Below, piece after piece: positions 34,501-42,969 of a stretch of DNA of 46,411 nucleotides (the stretch's first letter is position 1; the number at the start of each line of letters is the position of its first letter). The stretch is taken from IMG/VR virus record IMGVR_UViG_3300045988_156631; one strand, given 5' to 3'. The notes beneath the pieces were generated by a model that saw nothing but the letters and a program-made list of their open reading frames with translations, made no database searches and was not told where the DNA came from. The position numbers and the translations under genes were made by a program. The stretch comes from a virus.

Positions 34501-36388
34501 TTGCCAGGTCAATGGACTTATCACCAATCCGCTGTCCATTGATGGTTCCCACTGTGAGATTGTCAGCATTCAGATTCATTACATTGATCTTGCTTGCGTC
34601 GATAGTTCCGGCGGTCAGTTTGTTCGCCGATACCGAAGCAATCTTGGCGTCCGTGATCGCACCGTCACCGATCAATGCCGAACCGATTGTACCGGCAGCC
34701 ACATTTGCAAGCTTGATGTCCGCATACCCGGCAAGAAGCTGCTTCGTTTCAGTCTTGCTGATATATGCGGCTTCGATTGTGGCCACCCGTGCTGTCAACT
34801 TCCCGACATTTAATTCGGCAACATCACCTTTCAGTGCGTTCAGTGATTCGATTGTGGCGTATGTCAGCTTGGCATCGGCAGATTTGAGAGTGGTGGTTTC
34901 CAGATTCTCAATTTTTCCGTTTGCCGCCGAAAAGCTCTCGGCTACCACGTTCTTGTAGCTTGCCAGATCACCGGTTACCGTATCAATTCGGGCTGAGGTG
35001 GCGGTGAAGTTTTTTGCGGTTGCGGTTTCGAAATCGGCTTGTTTGGATTTGAGATCTTCAAACTCACCGGTTTTGAAGGATGCCAGATCACCGGAGACTT
35101 TCTTGATCTGGGCGGTCTGGGCTGAGAAATTCTTTGCCGTGGCAGTTTCGAAATCAGCCTGCTTAGCCTTCAGATCTTCAAATTCACCAGACTTGAAGGA
35201 AAGATAGTCGCCAGACAGCTTTTCAAATTTTCCTTCAAGGCCATACACATAGTCGAAATTGGCTTTTTCACCAACCATTTCTTTTACCAGGAACAGATCT
35301 ATGTACGCCCGGTCAAGCTTCTGGGCTGTTGGTCCTTTGTTCTGTCCGGTCACTAATTCAGATTTCCCGAATGACTGAACCTCCGACAGTAAGCCACCAT
35401 CGTAGTCCTGCACCAGTGACATTACCGGGATTTTCACCACATTCCCGGACTTATCAGTTATTGTGATGATATCTCCCACATCTATCCGTGGATCCCCCAG
35501 GAATGACACGGAAGCCGGAAGAAATTCAAGCCCCTTGATCTGCTTATAGACCGCCGTAAGCCGCTCCTGTGTCATTACCGGGTTTTCCAACTGCATACAA
35601 GCAGTTCCGTCACCGGCTGAAAGAGTATCATTTCCCGCCTGGCAGATGATCTTCTCCACTGTGAAAACAGATTCCCCCGAAGTCAGATCATCGTAGTAGC
35701 GGTCCGCACTGATGGAGCAGTCTGCTACCGTATACCACCGGAATACCACATTTCCGACTCGGTCCATCGTGGCAAACATGCCGTAGAACTGAGCTATATA
35801 GGAAATAGCTTCCCGGTATGTGTAGCCGTCAAAGGGCGTGACATACTTTGTATCTGTCACCGGGTTTCCGGATTCATCCACGATGCTATCCGTTGAGACT
35901 GCACGTTTCGGAATCATGACGCCATCCGGCAGGTTGGTAGTAATGATCGGAACGCCAGTCTTTTTTGCCATTTCCGCCAGAACAGTCTTGCCGTCACAGG
36001 GATATGTCAGTTCTGAGAGAAACGCCCCGCTCATGCGGGTCTGAATCCTGTCGTAGGCTGTAAAAGTCACCACACCGCTATCTGACTTCGGTTTCTGCGC
36101 CGTGAAGAGCCCCAGCGGCACCCATTCCGCTTTGGAACCGATCATCATGCCGAGGCTGATCTCAAGTTCTGTTCCATCCAGAGTGAAACCCGGATCCCAC
36201 ATTTTGACTTCTACATAGGAGCTGACCGCTCCGCCAACACTCACGCAGTCATCAGCTACAGACCGGGAAGTCTGCTTGAGTGACAAGATTTCCTCACTGG
36301 CGGAATGTGTTCCATCACTGACTTTTGCAAGAAAGGTTCTGCTTTCGCCATATACCGCATTTTTGAATTTTTCAGATGTTTTGTACAT
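28598..36388 (-). CDS. Giant tail fibre / tail-associated protein (2596 aa). N-terminal prophage-tail (Tal-like) domain, Ala/Ser-rich coiled-coil repeats, three divergent beta-rich receptor-binding-type modules, and a C-terminal Peptidase_S74 intramolecular chaperone domain.
   Basis: Three modules each start with IGGRNL and end with (E/K)(K/N/E)GNKAT(D/P)WTPAPED, at about 33065..33520, 31863..32260 and 30642..31140. The C-terminal S74 signature SDEREKNIISGI...GFGAQT is at 28601..29023. Confidence 0.9.
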   Translation of the reverse strand: MYKTSEKFKNAVYGESRTFLAKVSDGTHSASEEILSLKQTSRSVADDCVSVGGAVSSYVEVKMWDPGFTLDGTELEISLGMMIGSKAEWVPLGLFTAQKPKSDSGVVTFTAYDRIQTRMSGAFLSELTYPCDGKTVLAEMAKKTGVPIITTNLPDGVMIPKRAVSTDSIVDESGNPVTDTKYVTPFDGYTYREAISYIAQFYGMFATMDRVGNVVFRWYTVADCSISADRYYDDLTSGESVFTVEKIICQAGNDTLSAGDGTACMQLENPVMTQERLTAVYKQIKGLEFLPASVSFLGDPRIDVGDIITITDKSGNVVKIPVMSLVQDYDGGLLSEVQSFGKSELVTGQNKGPTAQKLDRAYIDLFLVKEMVGEKANFDYVYGLEGKFEKLSGDYLSFKSGEFEDLKAKQADFETATAKNFSAQTAQIKKVSGDLASFKTGEFEDLKSKQADFETATAKNFTATSARIDTVTGDLASYKNVVAESFSAANGKIENLETTTLKSADAKLTYATIESLNALKGDVAELNVGKLTARVATIEAAYISKTETKQLLAGYADIKLANVAAGTIGSALIGDGAITDAKIASVSANKLTAGTIDASKINVMNLNADNLTVGTINGQRIGDKSIDLAKLSKEVPTKEYLDSVQNGLQNQIDNAIQTYTTDTIPTLKNSPASSWTDNSTRAKHVGDICYVTNAGSNADGYCYRFTSTGTSTNQVYEWVLIKDSDVNRALQELVTVNGDISGLKSFQSETSSWRTSTDTEISSVKTRTTTIETTYSTKEETKSAADSAKSSAIESSKSYTDSAKTSAIESAKGYTDTAKTDAIASSKTYTDTATKDMATSTAVANAKKEAIDTAAKDASSKASTAQSTAISEAAKDATSKADAAKSSAISTAASDATKKADAAKSEAISAASSDATKKADAAKSSAISAAASDATTKANNALNSAKGYADDAVAGVEIGGRNLFGFHKGIYVDFDNVHSGNAIDPSIKGLKITCNDAVTSSKTIYRVKNIGFNGIGGEYTFSANVRATNDITITFNICDAENVTVDVTNKNKRIVFTSNVNRYHGTEAYNGFLDVSAFRVPQGTVIYIENIKIEKGNKATDWTPAPEDIDAAISTKVSTTVFNEVKQTVDANSATITKLTESVSKKADGSSVTTLSNTVNSIKQTADSNTAAISGLQTTVSKKADSSTVETVSKTLNTVKQTADSNSANISELSKTVSTKADGSAVTALTTRMSNAEQNLDGFKTTVSKTYVTSQSYNEKVTNLESGISAAQGTANTAKSTADSATKTANTAKSTADTASKTASAAKNTADSASKTASSAKSTADSAVNTANTAKSTADGAVSTANSAKSTADAAKSTADAAKSTADAAKSSVDNLEIGGRNLLIGSKKGISNPKHIDTYTNATFKLLLMKGDQYVGKELLIGVEKGKKYSKTYIAKFDGTRIECGHNGQKRDIIGSFPVSSYTKGSTYTVSFYVESADPTTINGYIIKDLKLENGNKATPWTPAPEDAIDHQYTQYYRSTSTTTPTGGTWQNTVPELTENTCIWTRQAIVHVGGDIEYSDPVMDSVTKKVVSMDAEVTKTAEGLTSTANKVTTLTNDLAGVTTRLGTAESKITQNAESISAKLSTTEFNTFKTNNTTAINDAKSSAISTAASDATKKANDAKSSAISTAASDATKKANDAKSAAISTAASDATTKANNALSSAKTYSDGQIKTVNAAITQTNSEISAMKGQIALKVEQTDINKAIDGVTIGGRNLLVKTNQGTTYWTIPHENGNYSRESITWLGVNAVKMSCSKRSTGWRIYLYDILFEQFNKLKPGGSYVLSYDTDGGSSANFLGLLSANGLNPIDKTHSQTAVKTNYGYHYTIKIVLKDTLTWNSQVVYLENNLGSGESVIIANLKLEEGNKATPWTPAPEDDEERLSSLESWKSEASLKITKDGIIGTVGSYYATGADVVNLTGRVTTAESTIKQQSNSIALTVKKDGVISAINQTSESVKISANKISLTAKDVVDIINSGTTTIQASKLNLSASDVVNIINKGTTKISADKLNLSGYVTISSLSGSGTTTIDASNIKTGKISTDRLDVNDIFAKEVSATKLHVTGNSKIDGNLVTSGINASNITTGTISADRLDVNGIFAKNVTATGTITGANLVGGRFSCTGKLGTVELAEDRLSAKYDYTLTNGQKFSDHVTLNSSFMQFSRVKYSGNTASEETTLYMSQEELTLKDVASFYKSGITFEPAVTINKGLRVNEGMSTAGNGTFGGDLSATRGLKLNHGGTSLYLYNESGTFCIMHTGTNGTSTWPIVWDFKNDNLAIANSINCGAYGTFGKGIISKSESVFHTGSYTDPYPGKSCTIKSWGTVASLRFAAKGVGNTWLGAAKPDGSAYDTICTDANALVPGWRIRTADGAWVGASYAKDPGFRIYYCNASRLGGNTNGTDAIYTFGASGTFHAKSVSQTSDEREKNIISGITEKYESLFMRLRPVLFNWKTGTDGIHMGFGAQTTLDLAEKCGIRENELAAVHKSKTEEPWSMSYTEIVPLAVQMVQKAITSIDSTRKEVSTLGQNMTARMESLQYQLAQAFDRIAVLEKENKSLRQALS
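32276..32338. repeat. Perfect 3 x 21-nt tandem repeat inside the tail-fibre gene
   Basis: The unit actcttcgccgcatctgctgt occurs three times (32276, 32297, 32318) plus a partial fourth. It encodes STADAAK repeats. Confidence 0.9.
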
Positions 36389-36403
36389 GGCTTACGCCTC
36401 CTT

Positions 36404-36814
36404 TTACTCTGCGAACCCCTCCGGGGCTTCCAACATGAAATCAATAGCTTCCAGGTCGTTCATGGACAGGGACAGACCATCGATTTCTTCGAACTTGACC
36501 ATATGAATATCCGCCTCAACTTCAATGTCCAGCAGCTCATTGATTTCTTTGTTCCATTTTTCTGTGCAGTCTTTCCGGATAGACACCAGACCATTTTCAT
36601 CTGCTTTTGTGCCATATTCCTCCAGGAGTTCTTTTCTGGACTCCTCATAAGGTGTCAGCAGGGAAACCAGCCGTTCCTTGTTCTTCTTGATCGCATAGAT
36701 CACACGGATGCGGCCGGGGAACATCTTCTCACCGGATTTCGTCTCCCGTTCCTGCATCGCCACAAGACCGTTTACGATGTTTACCATTTCACTGTTTTTC
36801 ATCATCTTTTTCAT
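36404..36814 (-). CDS. hypothetical tail-module protein (136 aa)
   Basis: Track ORF between the small tail protein and the giant fibre. No motif recognised. Confidence 0.5.
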   Translation of the reverse strand: MKKMMKNSEMVNIVNGLVAMQERETKSGEKMFPGRIRVIYAIKKNKERLVSLLTPYEESRKELLEEYGTKADENGLVSIRKDCTEKWNKEINELLDIEVEADIHMVKFEEIDGLSLSMNDLEAIDFMLEAPEGFAE

Positions 36815-36831
36815 GCTTAGAAAGTCCTTTC

Positions 36832-37188
36832 TTACTTTTCAATCAGATTTACGGCTACTCCCACATATCGCGGAAGGCCTGTTGCGTAACTGTATACCGG
36901 GTATTTCGGCGTCCCGGCGTACATGGTTTTGGTCTCCATCTTCCCAGTGCCGGGATCCTTATATTTGACCTCAAAAAATGCCGGAGTGATGGCGGTGTCC
37001 AGAAGAACACCGTCCGCATCCGACATGGGGGAAAATGTGATCTCTAATTTTACTTTTCGGGTTATGATATCTCCAATCATGGCCCCTGTGGCTCCCCGGC
37101 CTGCGTTCTTAGACCAGACTTTTTCACGCGATACTTCCAGCTTCTGTACCCGGGGCATTACCTTGCCGCCGATGGTAAGCACATCCAT
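36832..37188 (-). CDS. small tail component (possible short distal-tail-protein-like)
   Basis: The likely start MDVLTIGGKV follows gaggagtg. It sits immediately after the tape measure gene. Confidence 0.5.
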   Translation of the reverse strand: MDVLTIGGKVMPRVQKLEVSREKVWSKNAGRGATGAMIGDIITRKVKLEITFSPMSDADGVLLDTAITPAFFEVKYKDPGTGKMETKTMYAGTPKYPVYSYATGLPRYVGVAVNLIEK

Positions 37189-37264
37189 ATTCATCACTCC
37201 TCGCATTTTAATCGGGCGGCCGCCGGTTTTATATCCGATCGGTCGCCCGCCGATTTATCGCCTC

Positions 37265-40200
37265 TTACGTTCTGATCGGGCACACGCCGTTTGCACTTGT
37301 CCGCCGGTTAACTTCCTCAATCACCACATCTGTAACCTGTTTACCGCCCACATAGACGTTGATGTTTGCCGTGCCACTCTGGCTGTTCTGCGCCGCATAC
37401 TGACTGAACGCTGATACCACAGCGGAATAAACGCCGGCCGCCACAGATGAGACAATCTGAGTGTTATTCATTACCGCCGTACTTCTGCCGATGCTTCCCA
37501 CCAGTTCCGGTCCTGCCTCTCGGGCTATGAACATCTGACCGGTAGAAAAGGCTCCGCCGGATGCTGCTGCGGTGATTGGACGCCACTGGCCGGAAGTGTA
37601 GAGACCACCCGAAGCATTTTGGTTAAATGACCAGTTCGCCACTGTAGGATTAACTTTTGCATAAAGGCTCTTATTTGCCGTATAGTTATCCCACAAACTT
37701 TTCGTCTTGTCCCATAGCGTTTGACCAGAAGTGGAAACATCAATTCCGACACCGACTTTCGGAACGCTCCAGTTGTTCAGAACGCTTTTTTTCAGTGCAT
37801 CTGTAGAACCGTACTTTAAACGTGTCCCAACACTGAGAACTGGCGGCTTTTTCAAACTTTTCCATCCGTTTGCTACACTGTCTCGTAGGTCTCCTGAGGT
37901 CCCGCCTTTTAAGCGTGCTCCAACACTGAGAACTGGTGGATCTTTCAAACCTTTCCATCCGTTTGCTACACTGTCTCGTAGGTCTCCACTGGATCCATCT
38001 TTTAAACGTGTTCCGACGCTTACTGATGTACCACCGCTTGTATTCCAGTTATTTTGAACGCTATTTTTAAATTTTGAAGTAGATCCATTGAGTAAGCTGG
38101 TTCCAAGTCCTACGGTTGTGGTTCCAAGGCTGTTCCATCCATCGAGAATGCTCTGCCGCAGAGTGGACGCTGGAGTAGTCACTTTTGCCTCTACTCCAAT
38201 GCTGAAATCTCTTCCTCCACCGCCGAAGTCGCCCTTGTTCAATTTCAGAGTAACCTCTTTTTCCTTTGGAATCTCAGACAAGCCTTTCTTTGCACTCGTA
38301 ACTCCAGGCTCAGTATTGTCATTTGCTTCAATCTCTGCCGTTTCCTGATCGTTTATGGTGGAAAGCTTGGTGTTGGCGCTGTTCACGCCTTCTTCCGTTT
38401 TGTCCTGTGCGTTAATCGGAATATCAATGCCTAAAAAGTTAAGTGCTTTTTTAATAGCACTATTTGCTGATGTGACAAATGACTGTACTTTGCTGCTCTG
38501 TGCGAAGGATTCAAAACCTTTTCCGAGCGAAGTGAAAAAGTTTTGGACACCTTCAATGAGTGCTTCATCTGTTCCCATCTGCTCTTTTGCCCACACATTA
38601 AACGCAGCAAGGGCGCCTCCGCCAATGATAATCCCGAGCGGTGTCATTACAGTTTCGGCCAATCCTGTCAAGGCTGCTGCACTTGCAGCTATTCCTTCCC
38701 CGACTTTTTTGACAATAGTAGAAGCTATTGTGCTAAAAATCGCATCACTAACAAATTTAAACACCAGCAATGCTGACAGATCAACTACTATTTTCGGGTC
38801 TTTCTTTGCCGCCTCTATTGCCGCTGTGATAGCACCCTTGATAACTTCCCATACAATCTGGCCAATTTTGTTTAGGGCGCTGCCCCAGTTGATATTGGCG
38901 ATAAAATCTCCGATACTTTGACCAACTTTCTGCCAGTTTGTGCCACTTAAAGCTTCCAACAATGTGTCCAGAATACCGTTGACTGCTTTTGAAAAAGAAA
39001 GTCCTGCTTTGGTCCAGTTCACATTTTCAAAATAACTGTTTATTCCGGTCGCAATACTCTTTCCCCAACCTTTGAAGTTGATCGTCCCGATAAACGCATA
39101 CGCCCCGGAAATCACAGTGTTTACGGCTCCTGCCGCAGACTTTCCGATCAGAGAAAAGGTATCTGTCGTCATGATGCTGTTCAGGGCCGTAGCAATACCC
39201 TTTCCGAGACTGGCCGCTCCGGTGTTGGCCTGAGTCCACTTAATGCCCGTCAGCGCATTTTTGACAGCTGTTTTTACTGCTTCTCCGGCCGCCTTGAAGT
39301 CAAAGGCTCCGGCCCATGTGGCTTTCGCCGTGATAACACCGTTGATTCCATCCTTGACCGCCGTTCCGATGCCCTTCCAGTCCGCTTTCTTCACGAAGCT
39401 GTTCATTGAGTCCGCTACGAACTGTCCGACACTGTCCCAGTGCAAGTTTTTCATGAAGGAATCTGCCCCCAGAACGCCGGTGTTCAACGCCTGTGCTACC
39501 GTATTTCCCACGGCATCCGCAAGCCCAGAGACTTCCACTGCCCCATTGATGAACGTTGCAAGGGATTTTCCAACCTTCTGAGCTGTTTCTTTGATCTCGT
39601 CCCAGGGAATACTGTTCAGTGCATCCCGGATCTTTGTTCCGAAGATGCCACCAAGCTCCGTGAAGTCTGCCTTCGCCCAGGCATCCTTGATCCGCTTTGC
39701 GAAATCGGCGTAGGCATTTTCTACCGGAACCATATCAAAAGAGCCGGCTGAACCACCGCCGCCACTTCCACCAGAGCCGCCGGATCCGGAATCATCGTCC
39801 AGCTTGTTGATCTCATCGAAGCCCATTAGGGTATTTTTCAGTGCTTTTGCGGAATTATTAGCCTTGTCAGCTGATTTACTCAGTCCTGCCGCAAAGTCCT
39901 GATTGCCCTTCACTGCCTTATAGTACGTCCCCTGTCCGGTCAGTGCCGCAAACAACTGACCAATGGCATTGATCGCATTCACGCAGTAGTTGATAAGAGT
40001 TTCCAGCGCAGGTGCGATAGCACTGAGTACTGGCGAAAACGCAGATGCCAGGCTGTTTTTCAACAGATTCAGACTGTTCATCAACGATGACAGTTCGGCG
40101 TTGGTACTACTTGAGTATTTCGCAAGGTTCTTGAATCCATCTGCAGCGCCTCTCACGGAGTTACTGATAAGGAATGAAGCCAGCATAAATTTAGCTGTTA

Positions 40201-41308
40201 TTCCAAGCGTTTTAAAGGCTCCACCAAGACCGCCTGCTGCATTTTTTACCCGACTAAATACCGGAATTCCGTTTCTGAATCGATGAATCAGTGATGCGAA
40301 CGCTCCGCCGGCAGTTTTGATTCCGGCTGTGACCTGTCCCAGGGTAGATTTCATGCCGGCAAAGGACTTTGACAGAATCCCTGTTGCAGCATTTTTCCAC
40401 TGTCCAGACAGTTTTACATCACTTCCAGACTTTTCCATGCTGACTTTTTCGGCATTATATTCTCTCAGTCGCTTCGTAGCGTCCTGGATTGCCAGCTCAT
40501 TCTTCCGGAATGCTTCGGATTCCTCTAGGTTAGAGCCGTCCAGTAGCATCGAAGAACGCAAATCTTTGTACTCCTGGAGTTTTTTCTCCGTTCTGGTAAT
40601 TTCCCCAGTCAAATCCCGATAAGCATCCGTCTGCCTGGATGCTCCGCCGGTGTCCTGCAGATTCTTGAGCTCACCTTTGAGGTAAAAAATCTCTTTCTCG
40701 GTCTCTCTGATATCAGCCATCAGTGCCTTTGTTCCTGCATAATCATCATAATCATTGATTTCAATACCACCAAATTTTTCTGCCTGAGTTTTTAAAGCAG
40801 AAAGTCTGTTCTGTGCCTCAGTCATTTGGTTTGTGACGGCTGTATAATCCTCTGTAGGAACGGTATCTTTCCCAGCCTGCTCCATCTTCACTTTCTGACT
40901 GTTCAATTTTTCCAGTGCAGATGAGCTTTTCTGGATATTCTTTTCCAAATCCTTAAATTCCTGCGTCGGAACAAATTCTTTTCCTTCCATACCGGCCATT
41001 TTGCCCTGGAGTTTATCCAGTTCTTTTTCTGTATCGGAAATATCCTTGCAGACTTTTTTATAATCGTCGGTATATACCTTCATTCCTGCGGCAACTTGCA
41101 TCTGTTTCATCATATCCCGGATGCCGCGGGTAATCTCCCGTGCAGGATTGCTCTTCATGCCAGCAAATGGACTGGAAATCTTTTTCAGCTCTGCATTGAT
41201 CCCGCTGGTCATTCGTCTGGTTTCCTGCATGGCTTCTCGCGTTGCCTGAGTGAGTTTAGAAGAATTTCCTTCAATGACCACCTGCAATTTGTGTAATGTT
41301 TCGCTCAC
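37265..41308 (-). CDS. Tape measure protein (1347 aa)
   Basis: Position after the G/GT chaperones. Long helical N-terminus, central hydrophobic segments, a Gly-rich SGSGGSGGSGGGGS tract, and repeated (V/L)SVG(A/T)RLK(G/Y)G(T/S)... units. Confidence 0.9.
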   Translation of the reverse strand: MSETLHKLQVVIEGNSSKLTQATREAMQETRRMTSGINAELKKISSPFAGMKSNPAREITRGIRDMMKQMQVAAGMKVYTDDYKKVCKDISDTEKELDKLQGKMAGMEGKEFVPTQEFKDLEKNIQKSSSALEKLNSQKVKMEQAGKDTVPTEDYTAVTNQMTEAQNRLSALKTQAEKFGGIEINDYDDYAGTKALMADIRETEKEIFYLKGELKNLQDTGGASRQTDAYRDLTGEITRTEKKLQEYKDLRSSMLLDGSNLEESEAFRKNELAIQDATKRLREYNAEKVSMEKSGSDVKLSGQWKNAATGILSKSFAGMKSTLGQVTAGIKTAGGAFASLIHRFRNGIPVFSRVKNAAGGLGGAFKTLGITAKFMLASFLISNSVRGAADGFKNLAKYSSSTNAELSSLMNSLNLLKNSLASAFSPVLSAIAPALETLINYCVNAINAIGQLFAALTGQGTYYKAVKGNQDFAAGLSKSADKANNSAKALKNTLMGFDEINKLDDDSGSGGSGGSGGGGSAGSFDMVPVENAYADFAKRIKDAWAKADFTELGGIFGTKIRDALNSIPWDEIKETAQKVGKSLATFINGAVEVSGLADAVGNTVAQALNTGVLGADSFMKNLHWDSVGQFVADSMNSFVKKADWKGIGTAVKDGINGVITAKATWAGAFDFKAAGEAVKTAVKNALTGIKWTQANTGAASLGKGIATALNSIMTTDTFSLIGKSAAGAVNTVISGAYAFIGTINFKGWGKSIATGINSYFENVNWTKAGLSFSKAVNGILDTLLEALSGTNWQKVGQSIGDFIANINWGSALNKIGQIVWEVIKGAITAAIEAAKKDPKIVVDLSALLVFKFVSDAIFSTIASTIVKKVGEGIAASAAALTGLAETVMTPLGIIIGGGALAAFNVWAKEQMGTDEALIEGVQNFFTSLGKGFESFAQSSKVQSFVTSANSAIKKALNFLGIDIPINAQDKTEEGVNSANTKLSTINDQETAEIEANDNTEPGVTSAKKGLSEIPKEKEVTLKLNKGDFGGGGRDFSIGVEAKVTTPASTLRQSILDGWNSLGTTTVGLGTSLLNGSTSKFKNSVQNNWNTSGGTSVSVGTRLKDGSSGDLRDSVANGWKGLKDPPVLSVGARLKGGTSGDLRDSVANGWKSLKKPPVLSVGTRLKYGSTDALKKSVLNNWSVPKVGVGIDVSTSGQTLWDKTKSLWDNYTANKSLYAKVNPTVANWSFNQNASGGLYTSGQWRPITAAASGGAFSTGQMFIAREAGPELVGSIGRSTAVMNNTQIVSSVAAGVYSAVVSAFSQYAAQNSQSGTANINVYVGGKQVTDVVIEEVNRRTSANGVCPIRT

Positions 41309-41329
41309 TGTCCCACCTCCTTTCTTTTT

Positions 41330-41764
41330 CTATTCCTGCCCGTGCTGACGTTTCCACTCTGCCGCATAGGCTCTGATCTTCTCCCGCCGTTCTTCCATTT
41401 CAGCCTCCTCCGTAGCCTTTTCATATGCGGCTTTTTCCTCCGTGAAAAGCCCCGGATAGAAGTCCCACGGCGCCCGGGCCTTATTGTCCTTGTTGAGATA
41501 CATTCCAACCCGCTCCGCTATGCTCTGAGCCAGCACGAAAGCAATAGAGAGCTTCTCTTTCAGCTGCTTTTCCTGCCGCCGGTAGAAGCTCTCCATCTCG
41601 TCGCATATTTCCGCCAGGGACAGCCCCCAGAAACGCTCGACCGTTATCTCACAGTCAAGTGCCCGGGGATATAAGTCCCAGATCTGTTCGAGAGGTGTCA
41701 GGACAGGCTGTCGCTCTCGATCAGCTGCTTCTCCACTTTCTCTGCTTCTTTCTCCGTAAAAAAA
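41330..41764 (-). CDS. -1 frameshift extension of the tail assembly chaperone (gpT-like part of the G-T fusion)
   Basis: The -1 frame is open from the slippery site through FFYGERSRESGEAADRERQPVLTPLEQIWDLYPRALDCEITVERFWGLSLAEICDEMESFYRRQEKQ... to the stop at 41330. Confidence 0.75.
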   Translation of the reverse strand, partial: FFYGERSRESGEAADRERQPVLTPLEQIWDLYPRALDCEITVERFWGLSLAEICDEMESFYRRQEKQLKEKLSIAFVLAQSIAERVGMYLNKDNKARAPWDFYPGLFTEEKAAYEKATEEAEMEERREKIRAYAAEWKRQHGQE

Positions 41765-42162
41765 CCAGATACCAGCAGAGTGGGCAGAATGACATCCTGG
41801 AGCATGCGGGACTGGCTGCCACCTTCTTCCAGCCAGGATTCATAGATCTGCGATACCTTCTCAGTGTTGCATCCGTGCTCCCAAGGTGCGATGGCTGCCT
41901 GCGCTACAGTCAGCATCACGGACAGCGGCGGGATTTCATCGGTCATAACCAGATTCATGACATTCGTTCCATACTTGTTCTCCAGTTTGGCAATCATACC
42001 GGTGTTGAGCTTCATCTTGTGCTCTACGCCGGAAACCTCCCAGATGTGGAAAGGTTTTCTTTTCTTTTTTGCTTCCTCCAGCGTGGTAACTTTGGAATCA
42101 TTTTCTTTCTCGGGGGTCTCGACTGCTTCATCGAGACCCATGGTCATATTCTTTTTCTGCAT
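41698..42162 (-). CDS. Tail assembly chaperone (gpG-like)
   Basis: 154 aa between the major tail protein and the tape measure. Contains the slippery heptamer near its 3' end. Confidence 0.8.
   Translation of the reverse strand: MQKKNMTMGLDEAVETPEKENDSKVTTLEEAKKKRKPFHIWEVSGVEHKMKLNTGMIAKLENKYGTNVMNLVMTDEIPPLSVMLTVAQAAIAPWEHGCNTEKVSQIYESWLEEGGSQSRMLQDVILPTLLVSGFFTEKEAEKVEKQLIESDSLS
41758..41764 (-). other. Programmed -1 ribosomal frameshift slippery heptamer U_UUU_UUU
   Basis: The minus strand reads ggt ttt ttt acg in the zero frame, so the heptamer is in the correct X_XXY_YYZ phase. Confidence 0.75.
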
Positions 42163-42175
42163 GTATTATCCCTCC

Positions 42176-42613
42176 TCAGGCTGCCGGATCAGTTACGGTA
42201 GGAGCTCCCTGAAGGATCATCGTCACTTCAAACTCAATAACTCCATTCACGCCGCCGCCAGTTCTCTTGACAGATACCTGTGCTGAAAAATCGGTCTTTG
42301 TGCCGTCTTTCAGTGTCTCCTCAAAAAATCCTACTTCCTTGCTGTCGGACAGGGCTTTCAGAGTGCGATACGGAGTGTCGGCCTTTGAATTGTCGTATTT
42401 GAACTTATACTTCACATCTCCCAGTTCGCCGATACCCATTTCATACTGTTTGTATGCGTCTGTGAGACAGGTGTTATCTACCTTCTCCGGATCACTGCCC
42501 CAATCCGGAATCTCTTTCAGACCCGGAAGGTCGGTGTATGTAGCAGTTTCATTTTTTGCTTTATAACCCAGTTTTGCGCCATTCGCTAACATGTTCATTG
42601 CTCCTTTCATCAA
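42176..42613 (-). CDS. Major tail protein
   Basis: About 140 aa, upstream of the G/GT chaperones. Contains LPGLKEIPDWGSDPEKVDNTCLTD...KYKFKYD. The real start is probably MLANGAKLGY at 42592, after aaaggag. Confidence 0.75.
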   Translation of the reverse strand: MMKGAMNMLANGAKLGYKAKNETATYTDLPGLKEIPDWGSDPEKVDNTCLTDAYKQYEMGIGELGDVKYKFKYDNSKADTPYRTLKALSDSKEVGFFEETLKDGTKTDFSAQVSVKRTGGGVNGVIEFEVTMILQGAPTVTDPAA

Positions 42614-42969
42614 TTCGGCCAGTATACATCATCCGTAAATACGTCGATGATGGCCTCATATCTCATTACTTTGTGTTTGTATTTGTTTCCAGGCTCCGGG
42701 GCGTCCTGGCACAGGATCCGCACCAATCCAAGGCCTGCAAGTGCTTCATCAACCTTTAAGGCGGATTCAGACGTGGAATGGTCGTCCCATATATCTACCC
42801 GGTACCGGACGTACGCCTTTTCCTCCTGATCGGTTCTCTCATAGACCTTGTTATCTTCCTCGATATATTCCACCGCCGGAAGCGTAGCCCAGTCATCGGG
42901 GTACTGGTCCGTGACGTTCTCGAATACTTCCGCCAGTGCCGCATAGACCTGGTCTTTCACATTTTTCAT
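42610..42969 (-). CDS. Tail completion / tail terminator-like protein
   Basis: 119 aa. The call rests on gene order in the neck module. Confidence 0.5.
   Translation of the reverse strand: MKNVKDQVYAALAEVFENVTDQYPDDWATLPAVEYIEEDNKVYERTDQEEKAYVRYRVDIWDDHSTSESALKVDEALAGLGLVRILCQDAPEPGNKYKHKVMRYEAIIDVFTDDVYWPN

Noticed and set aside
31275-34958. Many 60-190-aa ORFs on both strands within the tail-fibre gene, and the 21-nt tandem repeat as a possible CRISPR-like array
   Set aside because: They are by-products of Ala/Ser-rich repetitive coding DNA. The 21-nt units are contiguous with no spacers and lie in frame within the 2596-aa ORF.
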